From a virus (Duplodnaviria > Caudoviricetes): DNA of 44,335 bases. Both the position numbers and the translations under genes were made by a program. This document shows, in pieces, positions 1-9,459 of the stretch (the first letter of the stretch is position 1; each line of letters begins with the position of its first letter). The notes under the pieces were generated by a model. It saw only the letters and a program-made list of their open reading frames with translations. It made no database searches and had not been told where the DNA came from. Location of the stretch: positions 1-44,335 of the IMG/VR virus record IMGVR_UViG_3300033067_000620. The stretch is one strand, 5' to 3'.

Positions 1-244
1 TGGGTATCACTCAGGTAAAATTACGTTGATACTTGGTGCTACTCATATATATGGTAATCATTATCTTAAAGGTAGAAAATATATTGAACAAGCAGTAGAT
101 TTATTTGGACCTAAAGATGCTGAAGTTAAACCTGTTACATTTAGATTAGCTAATTATGCAACAGTATTTAACTTTCATCCTAATATGGTATCAGTAGATA
201 ATTATACTCATATGCCAGCAATAAAATTTGATCTAAATGTATAG
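1..244 (+). CDS. C-terminal part of thymidylate synthase-family protein (continues from window end)
   Basis: Frame is open from position 2: GYHSGKITLILGATHIYGNH...HMPAIKFDLNV. This matches the ThyA GDxHxY motif and the typical C-terminus, and is in frame with the ORF leaving the right edge. Confidence 0.9.
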   Translation, partial: GYHSGKITLILGATHIYGNHYLKGRKYIEQAVDLFGPKDAEVKPVTFRLANYATVFNFHPNMVSVDNYTHMPAIKFDLNV

Positions 245-253
245 GAGCTAACA

Positions 254-838
254 ATGCAAAATATAAGTGTTATTGAAAGAGTAATAAAATGGAACGCTAA
301 ACGTTATGATAGAATATATAATCATGACTTGACAGAATCATTACTTTTAGAAGAAGCTAATGAAATTAAAGAAGCTAAAAATATAGTTGACATATTAGAT
401 GGTTGTGGTGATGTTACTTTTGTAGCTATTGGAGCTTTATGGAAATTAGGTTTAAGTCAAAAAGAAATAGAAGCTTTATTTATAGATAAGAATTTAGCTG
501 GTAAAGCCATATGGGAATTAAATGGTATATTTCTTGCTGCATCTGAAGATATACTAGGTAATACTAAATTAAGATTAACTACAAATAAAGCTGTACTACA
601 AGATAGAATTGGTTTAATATTAGGTTATGTATTAGGTGTTTTAACTCAATTAGATAAACTTGATTTACAGCATGAATTTCTTCCTATACTAAAAGCTATA
701 TGTGATAGTAATGATACTAAGGAAGTTAAAGGAAAGACTGACCCTAGTATTAAAGCTAACATAGTTAAAGGTAATCAGTATGTTCCACCTACTGATGATT
801 TAATTAAAATTTGTGAGATGAATGGAAAGGAATACTAA
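254..838 (+). CDS. All-alpha NTP pyrophosphohydrolase (MazG-like / PRA-PH-like)
   Basis: EEANE...DILDGCGDVTFVAIG acidic metal motif plus ICDSNDTK and KGNQYVPP; RBS AGGAG upstream. Confidence 0.75.
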   Translation: MQNISVIERVIKWNAKRYDRIYNHDLTESLLLEEANEIKEAKNIVDILDGCGDVTFVAIGALWKLGLSQKEIEALFIDKNLAGKAIWELNGIFLAASEDILGNTKLRLTTNKAVLQDRIGLILGYVLGVLTQLDKLDLQHEFLPILKAICDSNDTKEVKGKTDPSIKANIVKGNQYVPPTDDLIKICEMNGKEY

Positions 839-1497
839 TGACAAAATGGTTTTCAAAAAATGAAATTCATAAATTGTGTATTGAAGAAGCATCTAAGTCA
901 ACAGCTTTAAAACGTAAAGTGGGTGCTATATTAACTTGTGTTTACGAAGGTGAATATGAGATTTTAGCTAGTGGGTATAATCAGAATTCCATAGGTCCTA
1001 CTTTTGCTTGTGAAGATACAAAAGGTAATACTTTAGATAATGTTATACATGCAGAGCAAAATTGCATAAATAACTTTTTAACCTGTAGACTATTTAAAAC
1101 AGAATATACGTATAAAATGTTTATTACTCATGACCCTTGTCCAGGTTGTTTAGCTGCATTAGTTAAATATGATATTTCTTATGAAGTAGTTGGTGAATTT
1201 ATGAAGTTTGATAAAGCTAAACTTCGTATGTCTCTAGTTCCAGCTTCATTAGCTCAATCTTGTGCTCGTGCTTTACAATATGGAGCTAGGAAATATAAAG
1301 TAGGTAACTGGCGTAAAACTCCAGATATTGAAAGTTATATTTCAGCCATGCAACGTCACTTTGATGCTTGGCGTGAAGGTGAAGAAATTGATAGTGAAAG
1401 TGGTCTAAATCATCTTGACCATATGGCAGCTAATTTAGCTTTTCTAATTGAGCTAAGGGACCTACCTAAAATTAAAGATGAATCAATCAAGTTATAG
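838..1497 (+). CDS. dCMP deaminase-like domain fused to DUF5664 (dATP/dGTP diphosphohydrolase N-terminal-like) domain
   Basis: N-half: KVGA, SGYN, HAE and PCPGC zinc motifs. C-half: KFDKAKLRMSLVP, YGARKY..NWRK, RH..AW..GEEIDSESGLNHLDH. Confidence 0.85.
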   Translation: MTKWFSKNEIHKLCIEEASKSTALKRKVGAILTCVYEGEYEILASGYNQNSIGPTFACEDTKGNTLDNVIHAEQNCINNFLTCRLFKTEYTYKMFITHDPCPGCLAALVKYDISYEVVGEFMKFDKAKLRMSLVPASLAQSCARALQYGARKYKVGNWRKTPDIESYISAMQRHFDAWREGEEIDSESGLNHLDHMAANLAFLIELRDLPKIKDESIKL

Positions 1498-1509
1498 AAA
1501 GTTAAAGTT

Positions 1510-2367
1510 ATGAATGAACCAACTAAAAGTATTAGTGACCTACAGCTTAAAAAAGATAAAGTTTTGGCTGTTGATGGAGATACTCTTGCCTATCGTACTG
1601 CTGCAGTGTGTGAAACTCATTTTGAAGGCGCTGCTTATCCAATAATACTTTCTACCTTGAAAGAAATAGTAGCTGAAACAGGTGTAACTAACTTACGTAT
1701 TTATCTTTCTGGTAAATCTAACTTCCGTTATAATTTAGCTAAAACTAAACCTTATAAAGGTAATCGCACTACTATGGTTAAACCACAGTATTTACAATCT
1801 ACTCGTGACCATCTAATAGAAGCATATAATGCTTTTGTTGTGGAGGGTTTTGAAGCTGATGATGCTATAGCTACTGATATGACTGTTAATGGTGCAATTC
1901 ATTGTGGTGTAGATAAAGATATACTTCAAATTCCTGGTTTACATTATAACTATGTAAAGAAAGAATGGATTGAAATAAGTCCTGAAGAAGCTGAACTAAC
2001 TTTATATCGCCAGATTCTGATGGGAGACTCAAGTGACAATATTCCAGGTCTACCAAGAGTAGGTGAAAAGAAAGCTTTTGATGCAATACAATGTGTAGAA
2101 ACTGCTTACGATGATTGCCTAGCTATGTATGAACAAGTTGTGCGTATGTCCTTACCAGGTGTAAATCATTTAGAGTATATGGCAGAACAAATTGGTTTAG
2201 TTAAAATGCGTACAGACGTGCCTTTGATATTTGTTAAACCAACAGATATGTTAGTTAGTACTTGTGTAATGGAATTAGACACAGCTGGTTTTAAAGCACA
2301 AGAAGATGGTTATATTGATACTAATACAAAACAAGAGACAGTAGAAAAACGCTCTCTTAAATTATAG
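1510..2367 (+). CDS. 5'-3' exonuclease / RNase H (FEN family, T7 gp6-like)
   Basis: VDGD, NFR, YKGNR, EADD, DKD and GDSSDNIPGLPRVGEKKA motifs. Confidence 0.92.
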   Translation: MNEPTKSISDLQLKKDKVLAVDGDTLAYRTAAVCETHFEGAAYPIILSTLKEIVAETGVTNLRIYLSGKSNFRYNLAKTKPYKGNRTTMVKPQYLQSTRDHLIEAYNAFVVEGFEADDAIATDMTVNGAIHCGVDKDILQIPGLHYNYVKKEWIEISPEEAELTLYRQILMGDSSDNIPGLPRVGEKKAFDAIQCVETAYDDCLAMYEQVVRMSLPGVNHLEYMAEQIGLVKMRTDVPLIFVKPTDMLVSTCVMELDTAGFKAQEDGYIDTNTKQETVEKRSLKL

Positions 2368-2375
2368 GAATTAAA

Positions 2376-2648
2376 ATGTCAGATGTAACAGTAGACGATA
2401 CCGAATCTATGAGTAGTAAAGATGCAATTGAATTTGCAGCTGATCACTTTGGTGTACCTTCTATGTATGCTATGGCAAAAGCACTGTCAGATGAAACTCT
2501 GACAGTGCAACCTATACAATTGTCAAGATATTTAAAAGGGCATAAAATGAGTTTGCCAGTTGCACAGCGTTTTTATGACACTTATGGTATAATTGTTAAT
2601 GACTATATTAAAAAAGGTTTATGGCAAAAAGGAATAGTTCATGATTAA
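2376..2648 (+). CDS. Hypothetical protein, possible HTH DNA-binding protein
   Basis: SMYAMAKAL...PIQLSRYLKG resembles an XRE-like HTH; RBS present. Confidence 0.5.
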   Translation: MSDVTVDDTESMSSKDAIEFAADHFGVPSMYAMAKALSDETLTVQPIQLSRYLKGHKMSLPVAQRFYDTYGIIVNDYIKKGLWQKGIVHD

Positions 2649-2799
2649 ATTCTATTGTAACAAATTACCAAAAAAAGTACGCTATAGTGGTTTTACAAGT
2701 AATTATTACCATTATGAGACAAGACTTACATTTATAAAAACACCTTGGTGGAAATTTTGGTTACCTAAATATAAAGTAGAAAGACTAGGCAATGGTTAA
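2641..2799 (+). CDS. Small hypothetical protein (52 aa, not in ORF track)
   Basis: MIKFYCNKLPKK...PWWKFWLPKYKVERLGNG; fills the gap and overlaps both neighbours; AAGGA upstream. Confidence 0.55.
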   Translation: MIKFYCNKLPKKVRYSGFTSNYYHYETRLTFIKTPWWKFWLPKYKVERLGNG

Positions 2800-4024
2800 A
2801 TGGGAAGCTAAACCACATCAAGTTAAGGTATCTGGAGAAGCTTTAGAAGTATTTAATTCTAATGGTATTGTATATTTAGCTATGGAAGAACGTACAGGTA
2901 AATCTATAATAGCTATTAGAATATGTGAAGCAGTTAAAGCATTTAATTGTATTCTTATTTTAACTACTAAAAAAGCTATGGATGGTTGGAAAGAAACCTT
3001 ATCTAAGTATTCCCATGATAAAGCTTATATTTTATCTACTTATACTAGTGCGCATAAAGTAGTAGGTAAATTCGACGCTGTAATATTAGATGAAGCGCAT
3101 AAATATATTTCAGGTTATCCTAAACGTTCCCTAACTTGGCATAATGTAGCTAAAATAGTTAAAAATTTACCTATTATATATGTTTCAGCCACTCCATATG
3201 CACAAGGACCTCAATTGTTATTTAATCAATTTGCTTTAAGTAAAAATAATCCTTGGATTAAGTTTAAAAATTTTTACGATTGGTTTAAACTATATGCTAT
3301 TAGGGATAAAAATGGTGATTTACCTACTACTAAGATTAGCGCAACTCAAATAGTAATAGACTATACTAAAGTAAATGCTGATTTAATATTAGAACCGATT
3401 AAGCATTTATTTATTACTTATACTAGAGAAGAGCTTGGTTTTGAGCATGAGCCTAAAGATGTACTTCATTATATAAAACTTAAACCTGAGATGAAAGAAA
3501 TATATAACGATTTAATAGCTAATAAAGTATTAGACTTTACTAGTAAATATAATGGTAAAGATTATAAGTTAATATGCGACCATCCATCTAAATTAAGATG
3601 GGCTTTACATATGTTAGAAGGTGGCACTCTTAAAGTAAATGATGAATATATAGATTTAGATAGTAATGAAAAAGCTGAGTATATCATGGAAACTTGGGGT
3701 GACCATGAATATATAGCTATAATGTATTATTTTAAAGCTGATTATATTAAGCTATCTAGAATGTTTAAAAAAGCTAGTTTATTTCAAGCTACTACCTATG
3801 CTGAAGGTGTTGATTTATCTCATTTTAAACATTTAATAATATATAGTCAAGACCATTCTACCTCTAGGCATTCTCAACGTAGAGCTCGTCAAGCTAATAT
3901 TAATCGTAAAGAAGAAATTAAAGTACATTATTTATTAGTTAAAGGTGCTTTGAGTGATAAAGCATATAAGACAGTATCAATAAATAAACAAAACTTTGTA
4001 GACACAGTATTTGAAAGGATATAG
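2792..4024 (+). CDS. Superfamily 2 (SNF2-like) helicase
   Basis: RTGKS (motif I), ILDEAH (II), SATP (III), EGVDL (V), QRRARQ (VI). Confidence 0.88.
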   Translation: MVKWEAKPHQVKVSGEALEVFNSNGIVYLAMEERTGKSIIAIRICEAVKAFNCILILTTKKAMDGWKETLSKYSHDKAYILSTYTSAHKVVGKFDAVILDEAHKYISGYPKRSLTWHNVAKIVKNLPIIYVSATPYAQGPQLLFNQFALSKNNPWIKFKNFYDWFKLYAIRDKNGDLPTTKISATQIVIDYTKVNADLILEPIKHLFITYTREELGFEHEPKDVLHYIKLKPEMKEIYNDLIANKVLDFTSKYNGKDYKLICDHPSKLRWALHMLEGGTLKVNDEYIDLDSNEKAEYIMETWGDHEYIAIMYYFKADYIKLSRMFKKASLFQATTYAEGVDLSHFKHLIIYSQDHSTSRHSQRRARQANINRKEEIKVHYLLVKGALSDKAYKTVSINKQNFVDTVFERI

Positions 4025-4026
4025 TA

Positions 4027-5256
4027 ATGGATATAATAACTAAATTAAGGGCAGTATCATCTACGCTACAAAAGCAAGATATACTTGAAAAATATACCAC
4101 CGAATTAGACAAAAAAGTATTTTTACGCACTTATAATTTAACAACTTATAATTTACATTTTGATACTATTAATTATGAAAACTTAGGCCAAGCTAATGAT
4201 GAAATGTTTTATATATTAGACTCATTAGCTAGTCGTAAATATAGTGGTAAATACGGAAGAGATGTAGTGGAAGTATTCGCAAACGAATATGGTGATTTAA
4301 TAAAATTAATATGTAATAAAGATTTAGACTGCGGTATATCATCTATTACACTTAATACAGTATTTGGTAAAAATTTTATACCTAATTTTAATATACAATT
4401 AGCTAAGGAAGAAGATATTGGTAAAATAAAATTTCCTATATTAGCGCAATTAAAATATAATGGTGCTCGTGTAATAGCATTAGTTCAAGATGGTATAGTT
4501 ACTTTAAAGTCTAGAGGAGGACATACTTTTAAATTTCCTGATTTAGAAAATACATTAAGTTATTTACCTGATTGTATGATAGATGGTGAATTAACAATCG
4601 GTGATAGCTGTAATGAAGACCATACATTAGTAAGTGGTATGGTAACTTCAGCTATGAGAGGAGGGTATATTAAAAATGATAAATTAGTATATAATATATT
4701 TGATACTATGTCTATACAAGAATTTTATAATCAAGATTGTAGAGTAATTTATAATGATAGGATGATAAATGTTTTAAAGTTATTAAAAATATTAAAAGAT
4801 TTAGAAAAAGAATTACCTGCTAAGGTTATATTAGCTAGGACTACAGAAGTAACTAATAAGTCTATTTTATTGGAAATATATAATACTTTATTAGAAAAAG
4901 GTTATGAAGGTTTAATACTTAAACATAAAGATAGTAAATATACTTTTAAGAAAAATAAAACCTGGATTAAAATGAAAGCCACAGAAACGGCTGATTTGAC
5001 TTGTGTTAATTATAATGAAGGTAAAGATAAATATGAAGGACTAATTGGTTCATTAGTTTGTCAAGGTTTAATTGGCGGTAAAATAATAGAAGTATCAGTA
5101 GCTGGATTAACTGATGAAGCTAGATGTGTAGACCCTCAGTACTACATTGGTAAAGTAATTGAAATAAAGTATAATAAAATAATTAAAGATAGCTCTACAG
5201 GTTTATATAGTTTATTTTTACCTAGGTTTGTTTGTGTTAGAAAGGATAAATCATAA
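4027..5256 (+). CDS. lig: ATP-dependent DNA ligase
   Basis: KYNGAR adenylation motif, DGEL, IFD, EGLILK, WIKMK, SLFLPRFVCVRKDK. Confidence 0.95.
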   Translation: MDIITKLRAVSSTLQKQDILEKYTTELDKKVFLRTYNLTTYNLHFDTINYENLGQANDEMFYILDSLASRKYSGKYGRDVVEVFANEYGDLIKLICNKDLDCGISSITLNTVFGKNFIPNFNIQLAKEEDIGKIKFPILAQLKYNGARVIALVQDGIVTLKSRGGHTFKFPDLENTLSYLPDCMIDGELTIGDSCNEDHTLVSGMVTSAMRGGYIKNDKLVYNIFDTMSIQEFYNQDCRVIYNDRMINVLKLLKILKDLEKELPAKVILARTTEVTNKSILLEIYNTLLEKGYEGLILKHKDSKYTFKKNKTWIKMKATETADLTCVNYNEGKDKYEGLIGSLVCQGLIGGKIIEVSVAGLTDEARCVDPQYYIGKVIEIKYNKIIKDSSTGLYSLFLPRFVCVRKDKS

Positions 5257-5567
5257 TGGCAAATCCTTTACAGCCTAAATGTATTACAATATTAGAAAAA
5301 GAATATAGCGCTTATGTAGTTAATATAACAGCAGCTAGTAAATCAGGCCATATGGATTTACTAGCGTGTATAAAAGGTAAATTTTATGGCTTTGAAATTA
5401 AATGGAAATCTGACCAGCCTAGTGAACTACAAAAAGATAAGATTAACAATTGTATTGAGTCCGGTGGAAAAGCTTATTTTATTCGCTCTGAAGATGAATT
5501 AAGACAAACCTTAGATTTTAATATTCCACCTATAAAATATGAAACTAAGAAACGATATAAATTATAA
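5256..5567 (+). CDS. VRR-NUC / PD-(D/E)XK nuclease (possible Holliday junction resolvase)
   Basis: GHMDLLAC..GKFYGFEIK...PSELQ...GGKAYFIRS. Confidence 0.85.
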   Translation: MANPLQPKCITILEKEYSAYVVNITAASKSGHMDLLACIKGKFYGFEIKWKSDQPSELQKDKINNCIESGGKAYFIRSEDELRQTLDFNIPPIKYETKKRYKL

Positions 5568-5577
5568 TAATTCATTG

Positions 5578-5660
5578 TTTAAATAGACATTTTAACAACG
5601 AAATAGGCTATTGATATAGGATTATATTAAAAATATATTTCGTTGTTATATGGACTTTAT
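5578..5660. other. Large-loop hairpin between convergent transcription units
   Basis: Perfect 13-bp stem TAACAACGAAATA (5593-5605) / TATTTCGTTGTTA (5636-5648) with a 30-nt loop. Confidence 0.7.
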
Positions 5661-5688
5661 AGAAGCTTTAATTTTAAAATTAATTATA

Positions 5689-5931
5689 TTATTTTAGCCA
5701 CTCAGCCAATGTTTTATGCCTATCAGCACATTCAATATAAGTTTGGTTATTTTTAATAGCTATATTAAGTAAATCCCCCATATTAGAATTTTTAGGCAAT
5801 TCATCTAAATCTGCACATAAAGCTACTAAGTTAGCGGGAGCTTGTACTTTTGCGGATAGATTCGTTAAAGAGCTGCATCCCATTATCAGTAATAATACAG
5901 GTACTATAAGCAGTATTTTTACGTATTTCAT
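5689..5931 (-). CDS. o-spanin (Rz1-like lipoprotein)
   Basis: Signal peptide with lipobox LIMGC; overlaps the i-spanin; C-terminal ECADRH. Confidence 0.85.
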   Translation of the reverse strand: MKYVKILLIVPVLLLIMGCSSLTNLSAKVQAPANLVALCADLDELPKNSNMGDLLNIAIKNNQTYIECADRHKTLAEWLK

Positions 5932-6199
5932 CTTGTACCTTTAAATTTAACTTTTTGTTAATACTCTTTTGATTAGCTAAACTTATTTCTAGTTCAGCTG
6001 ATTTTTTATTAGCCTTATCTATATCAAGGTCTTTTTGTTCTTGTAATTTAATAAGTTCATGAGCTTTAGCTACTTCGCAAGCCATTTTAGAATCTCTTGA
6101 ACCTTTATTATATATACCTATAATTAATAGAATAGCACATACTACTATAAATAGCCAAAGTCTATTCTTTAATATCCAAGCCATCAGTTTTATTTCCAT
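5831..6199 (-). CDS. i-spanin (Rz-like)
   Basis: N-terminal TM helix, coiled coil and C-terminal Cys; overlaps the lipoprotein gene. Confidence 0.8.
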   Translation of the reverse strand: MEIKLMAWILKNRLWLFIVVCAILLIIGIYNKGSRDSKMACEVAKAHELIKLQEQKDLDIDKANKKSAELEISLANQKSINKKLNLKVQDEIRKNTAYSTCIITDNGMQLFNESIRKSTSSR

Positions 6200-6425
6200 T
6201 TACTTCTCCAAATTTTAACTTTATAACTTGCATAGCTAATTTAGACCCTCCAACAATAACTAAATAAAATAGTACTTCAAAACTATCTACTGAGTTATTG
6301 TATAAAATTCTATACGATTCAATAATATTAGCTATATGATACCATACTTGAGTAGAAGATAGTTTACCCTCTTTATCTACGAGTAAGTCAATAAGGCATA
6401 TTTCATATTTACCTAACTTAATCAT
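6162..6425 (-). CDS. Putative holin / small membrane protein
   Basis: GKLSST motif followed by moderately hydrophobic segments; lies between endolysin and spanins. Confidence 0.55.
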   Translation of the reverse strand: MIKLGKYEICLIDLLVDKEGKLSSTQVWYHIANIIESYRILYNNSVDSFEVLFYLVIVGGSKLAMQVIKLKFGEVNGNKTDGLDIKE

Positions 6426-6837
6426 GTATTAACTCATAGTGAGATTTATCCCAAGCATCTGTAGTCGTTATATCCCCATCCATATTAAAATCGCCTCCCC
6501 AGCGAATTTTAATACCTAATTCATTAGAACATTCTTTAATGTGGTTATATAATTCAATAAATAAGTCAATATCTTTCCAATCTATCCAGTAAGTATAATC
6601 TTTATTCAATTTAACTGGAGCTATATCTACAGCTAAACTAGGTTGACTATTATGTTTGCTATTAGGATAAATAACTTTACTCTTTTTTGCATTATAGGCA
6701 GCATTTTGATCTTGCTTATTTCTATAACCACATATTATAATAAATTTAAAATCTTTTATAGCATATTCCATTAATTTAACTAATGTAGGATGGCAACTAG
6801 AAAGTTTAAGATTATCGTTTTGAGTGAAGGTGTACAC
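6418..6837 (-). CDS. Endolysin, peptidase M15 family (L-Ala-D-Glu peptidase-like)
   Basis: GYR...Q, SKH..., AVD, IRWGGDF, DKSHYEL zinc peptidase motifs. Confidence 0.92.
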   Translation of the reverse strand: MYTFTQNDNLKLSSCHPTLVKLMEYAIKDFKFIIICGYRNKQDQNAAYNAKKSKVIYPNSKHNSQPSLAVDIAPVKLNKDYTYWIDWKDIDLFIELYNHIKECSNELGIKIRWGGDFNMDGDITTTDAWDKSHYELIHD

Positions 6838-7060
6838 GTTTGTTTTCCTTTGCTTGTTTTACATCTTTATGCCATTTCCATAAAGTGTATAAAAATTGAG
6901 CTAAAAAATATAAAGCTGTAATACATGTAGCAACCAATGTAGCTATTTCTGAAACATCTTTAACAGTTAAAGCTGTATGTACAATAGCATAAGAACTTCC
7001 ATAAGTTATTACGCCACCTGCTGTTTTAAGCGCTGTATCTTCAACGGCATCTTTAATCAT
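6812..7060 (-). CDS. Putative holin/antiholin
   Basis: One or two TM segments and a basic C-terminus, directly upstream of the endolysin. Confidence 0.55.
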   Translation of the reverse strand: MIKDAVEDTALKTAGGVITYGSSYAIVHTALTVKDVSEIATLVATCITALYFLAQFLYTLWKWHKDVKQAKENKRVHLHSKR

Positions 7061-7071
7061 GGTAAACCCTT

Positions 7072-7353
7072 TTACTCAATTAGTTCATGAATAGCCTCAA
7101 AATCTTCTGGAGCCCAGAGATATTTAAAAGTATTATGACAAAGATAAAAATAGTCCCCTTCTTGCGGTTTACGGTCAGCACAATTTTCTTTATGTAAAAC
7201 AACTTCTAAACCATTATCTAGTATAAGGTTATAATCTTGTACTGAATCAGTTAAATCTTCAGATATAGTAACTATTTTATTAGCAGAAACTAAATCAATA
7301 TTTAATATATCTTCTAGTTTTGTCTCAAGTAATGGTTTATATTTAAATAGCAT
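7072..7353 (-). CDS. Hypothetical protein
   Basis: Likely start MLFKYKP at 7353 after AAGGAG; PQEGDYF...LWAPEDFEA motif. Confidence 0.6.
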   Translation of the reverse strand: MLFKYKPLLETKLEDILNIDLVSANKIVTISEDLTDSVQDYNLILDNGLEVVLHKENCADRKPQEGDYFYLCHNTFKYLWAPEDFEAIHELIE

Positions 7354-7366
7354 AATAATCTCCTTG

Positions 7367-9115
7367 TTAATTAACAGCAATCCATGCACTAGCAGCTTTA
7401 CTAGCACGGAATTTTTTATGAAAATAATTAGAACTCATTGTAATACTTTTAACAGCAGCTGCACCATCAATAATACTATCTACAGGACGATTAGACCATA
7501 CAACTGTTCCATCTGTTATACCTGAGCCAGTTCCGCTAGGACCACCTGATGAAGCAGAAGTTCCACCAGTTGTAACTATATAGTAGGAACCACCATTTTG
7601 ACGAATTGCTCCAACTGCATAGACAGTTGAACCCACCCAAGCTGCAGCGGTATAATCAATAGTACCACCTTTAATTATAACATTATTAGTTGCGGCATTA
7701 CCTTGTGTATCATTAAAACTTATTTCATCACCATCATCAACATAAGTTAATGCAGGAAAAGATAATGTCATAGCTCCTGCTGCGGTACTAGTTAAACAGT
7801 TAATATTTTTTCTAGTACGGGTAATTAAAGCTGTAGCGGAATATTCTGCATTAGGTGAAGTATAAGTTCTAAAACAACCTAATTTATACACTTCACCTTG
7901 CACATAAGTATTTATAGTTCCTCTACAGTATAAATATATTAGATAAGATTTGCCTGCTTTACCAGCAGGTACTGTAAATTCATCTGTTACAAATAGTTGT
8001 CTTCCATAGCCAGGAATTATACCTTTTGTATAGCCCGTGGGTGAACTAGCTCTAGTAAAATCACCTCCTCCATTTTCTTGTATATAAATTTCAAACGGTG
8101 CGGGTAAGCCTTGCACAGATAAATAAGCTACATCTAAATAACCAACAAGTTTATCCCCTGGCATATTAGGTTCACCTAATATATTAGCGGAATTAAAAGT
8201 ACTAAAATCTCTAGCTGTTCCATCTAATGAATCTAATGTAATAGTATAAGCACCATTAGTTGTATTACGAGAATTTATTTGACCAGCTGATTTAGCTATT
8301 ATATAAAAGTTATTAGTTGTATTACCACTTGTAGTATTTTCTGTACCTATTAAACTTGGGTTAGAACTTAATAATATACCATTTAAATCTGCAAAAGGTC
8401 CATTAGCAAGTACCATTTTATCTGCTACTATTTTACCACAAATGGTAGCTTCAGCTGAACCTGGATGAATATCATTATTACCATATACTGGATTATTTGT
8501 ATCTGTTCCAGCAAAATTATTATATGCATCATAAGTATCACAAAAATATAACCCTGGTGTTTTAGCGCATTCTGCAGCCATACCTGCATTATAGGCTTTA
8601 ATAAGATTTATTCTAGTAGTATGTGTATTAGCACTCTCACCTCCATAGCCTATTGGATAAGGATTACCACTTTGCACAAATATATTTTTTATCCCTAGAC
8701 CTAATAAGTATAGCATAGTAGATCTAAAATAGCCTAGAAAAGAAGCAGAAGAAATGCCTGCTATAGCATCATTAATATCTACCCAATAAACTAAATCCCA
8801 CTCTTCATTAGCAGGACGTTTAGCCATTATTTGAGGTATCGTAGTTGCTTTTCTGTTATCTAGTCCTTGCGCAGTATCACCAGATACACCTGCATTAAAC
8901 TCTTTATCAAAACGGTAGCCATTTTTTATAAAAGAGAGCGCTATATTGATTACTCCATTATTAAATCTATATGTATTAGGATAACTAGAAGCAGCATGAT
9001 TTAAAAAGGAACGACTATCACCATAAACAATAAGATTCTTTTTTGTATTAGCTTTATTTATAATATTAGAACTAAGGGAGCTTGAAGTAGCTAAGCTAGC
9101 GCTATACATTTGCAT
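7367..9115 (-). CDS. SGNH/GDSL hydrolase-containing tail-associated protein
   Basis: VYGDS (block I), NAGVSG (II), DIND (III), DIHP (V); C-terminal WVGSTVYAVG carbohydrate-binding-like module. Confidence 0.8.
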   Translation of the reverse strand: MQMYSASLATSSSLSSNIINKANTKKNLIVYGDSRSFLNHAASSYPNTYRFNNGVINIALSFIKNGYRFDKEFNAGVSGDTAQGLDNRKATTIPQIMAKRPANEEWDLVYWVDINDAIAGISSASFLGYFRSTMLYLLGLGIKNIFVQSGNPYPIGYGGESANTHTTRINLIKAYNAGMAAECAKTPGLYFCDTYDAYNNFAGTDTNNPVYGNNDIHPGSAEATICGKIVADKMVLANGPFADLNGILLSSNPSLIGTENTTSGNTTNNFYIIAKSAGQINSRNTTNGAYTITLDSLDGTARDFSTFNSANILGEPNMPGDKLVGYLDVAYLSVQGLPAPFEIYIQENGGGDFTRASSPTGYTKGIIPGYGRQLFVTDEFTVPAGKAGKSYLIYLYCRGTINTYVQGEVYKLGCFRTYTSPNAEYSATALITRTRKNINCLTSTAAGAMTLSFPALTYVDDGDEISFNDTQGNAATNNVIIKGGTIDYTAAAWVGSTVYAVGAIRQNGGSYYIVTTGGTSASSGGPSGTGSGITDGTVVWSNRPVDSIIDGAAAVKSITMSSNYFHKKFRASKAASAWIAVN

Positions 9116-9132
9116 AATAGTATATCCTTATA

Positions 9133-9429
9133 TTAAAAAGTATAAAAAGTTAAAGGCGCTGACACAGTATCAGAAATACCTGTTATATCGTTGTCTGGTG
9201 CATCATTAATATCAAATATTAAAGTATCACCTGGTTTTAATTTAACACCTTTTGGTGCAGTAGTATTTAAACTAAGTGTTTCTCCTGCAAGACCTATATA
9301 AATAATAGCTGTTGCATGAGGGTTATGAAAAACCATTTTAGCTGCACGAAGTGGAGCAGCTATATTAGCTGCGGCAATAATTACACTTTGTGTAGTAGTA
9401 AGTGTTGTAGAATTATCTTTATAACGCAT
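9133..9429 (-). CDS. Small beta-rich virion/tail accessory protein
   Basis: FHNP..IIYIG...GVKLKPGDTL pattern; located between two receptor-binding genes. Confidence 0.55.
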   Translation of the reverse strand: MRYKDNSTTLTTTQSVIIAAANIAAPLRAAKMVFHNPHATAIIYIGLAGETLSLNTTAPKGVKLKPGDTLIFDINDAPDNDITGISDTVSAPLTFYTF

Positions 9430-9459
9430 TTTATTATTCCTTATAAATTATTACTATTA

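Noticed and set aside
838-1497. Diaminopurine (Z-genome) pathway suggested by DUF5664
   Set aside because: No PurZ/adenylosuccinate-synthetase homologue or HD-family DatZ is visible in an apparently complete genome.
1886-2086. Antisense and alternate-frame ORFs in the track (e.g. 1886-2086, 3939-4130, 9662-9856, 10432-10635, 11608-11799, 11981-12232, 14482-14931, 16083-16337, 18801-19130, 18811-19083, 20890-21303, 25826-26433, 29004-29198, 31815-32006, 39119-39371, 40030-40218, 42597-42794)
   Set aside because: They lie on top of well-supported genes and show no recognisable motifs; they are typical shadow ORFs.
2876-2910. Inactive helicase suggested by atypical Walker A (MEERTGKS)
   Set aside because: GKS, DEAH, SAT and motif VI are all retained, so there is no basis for calling it inactive.
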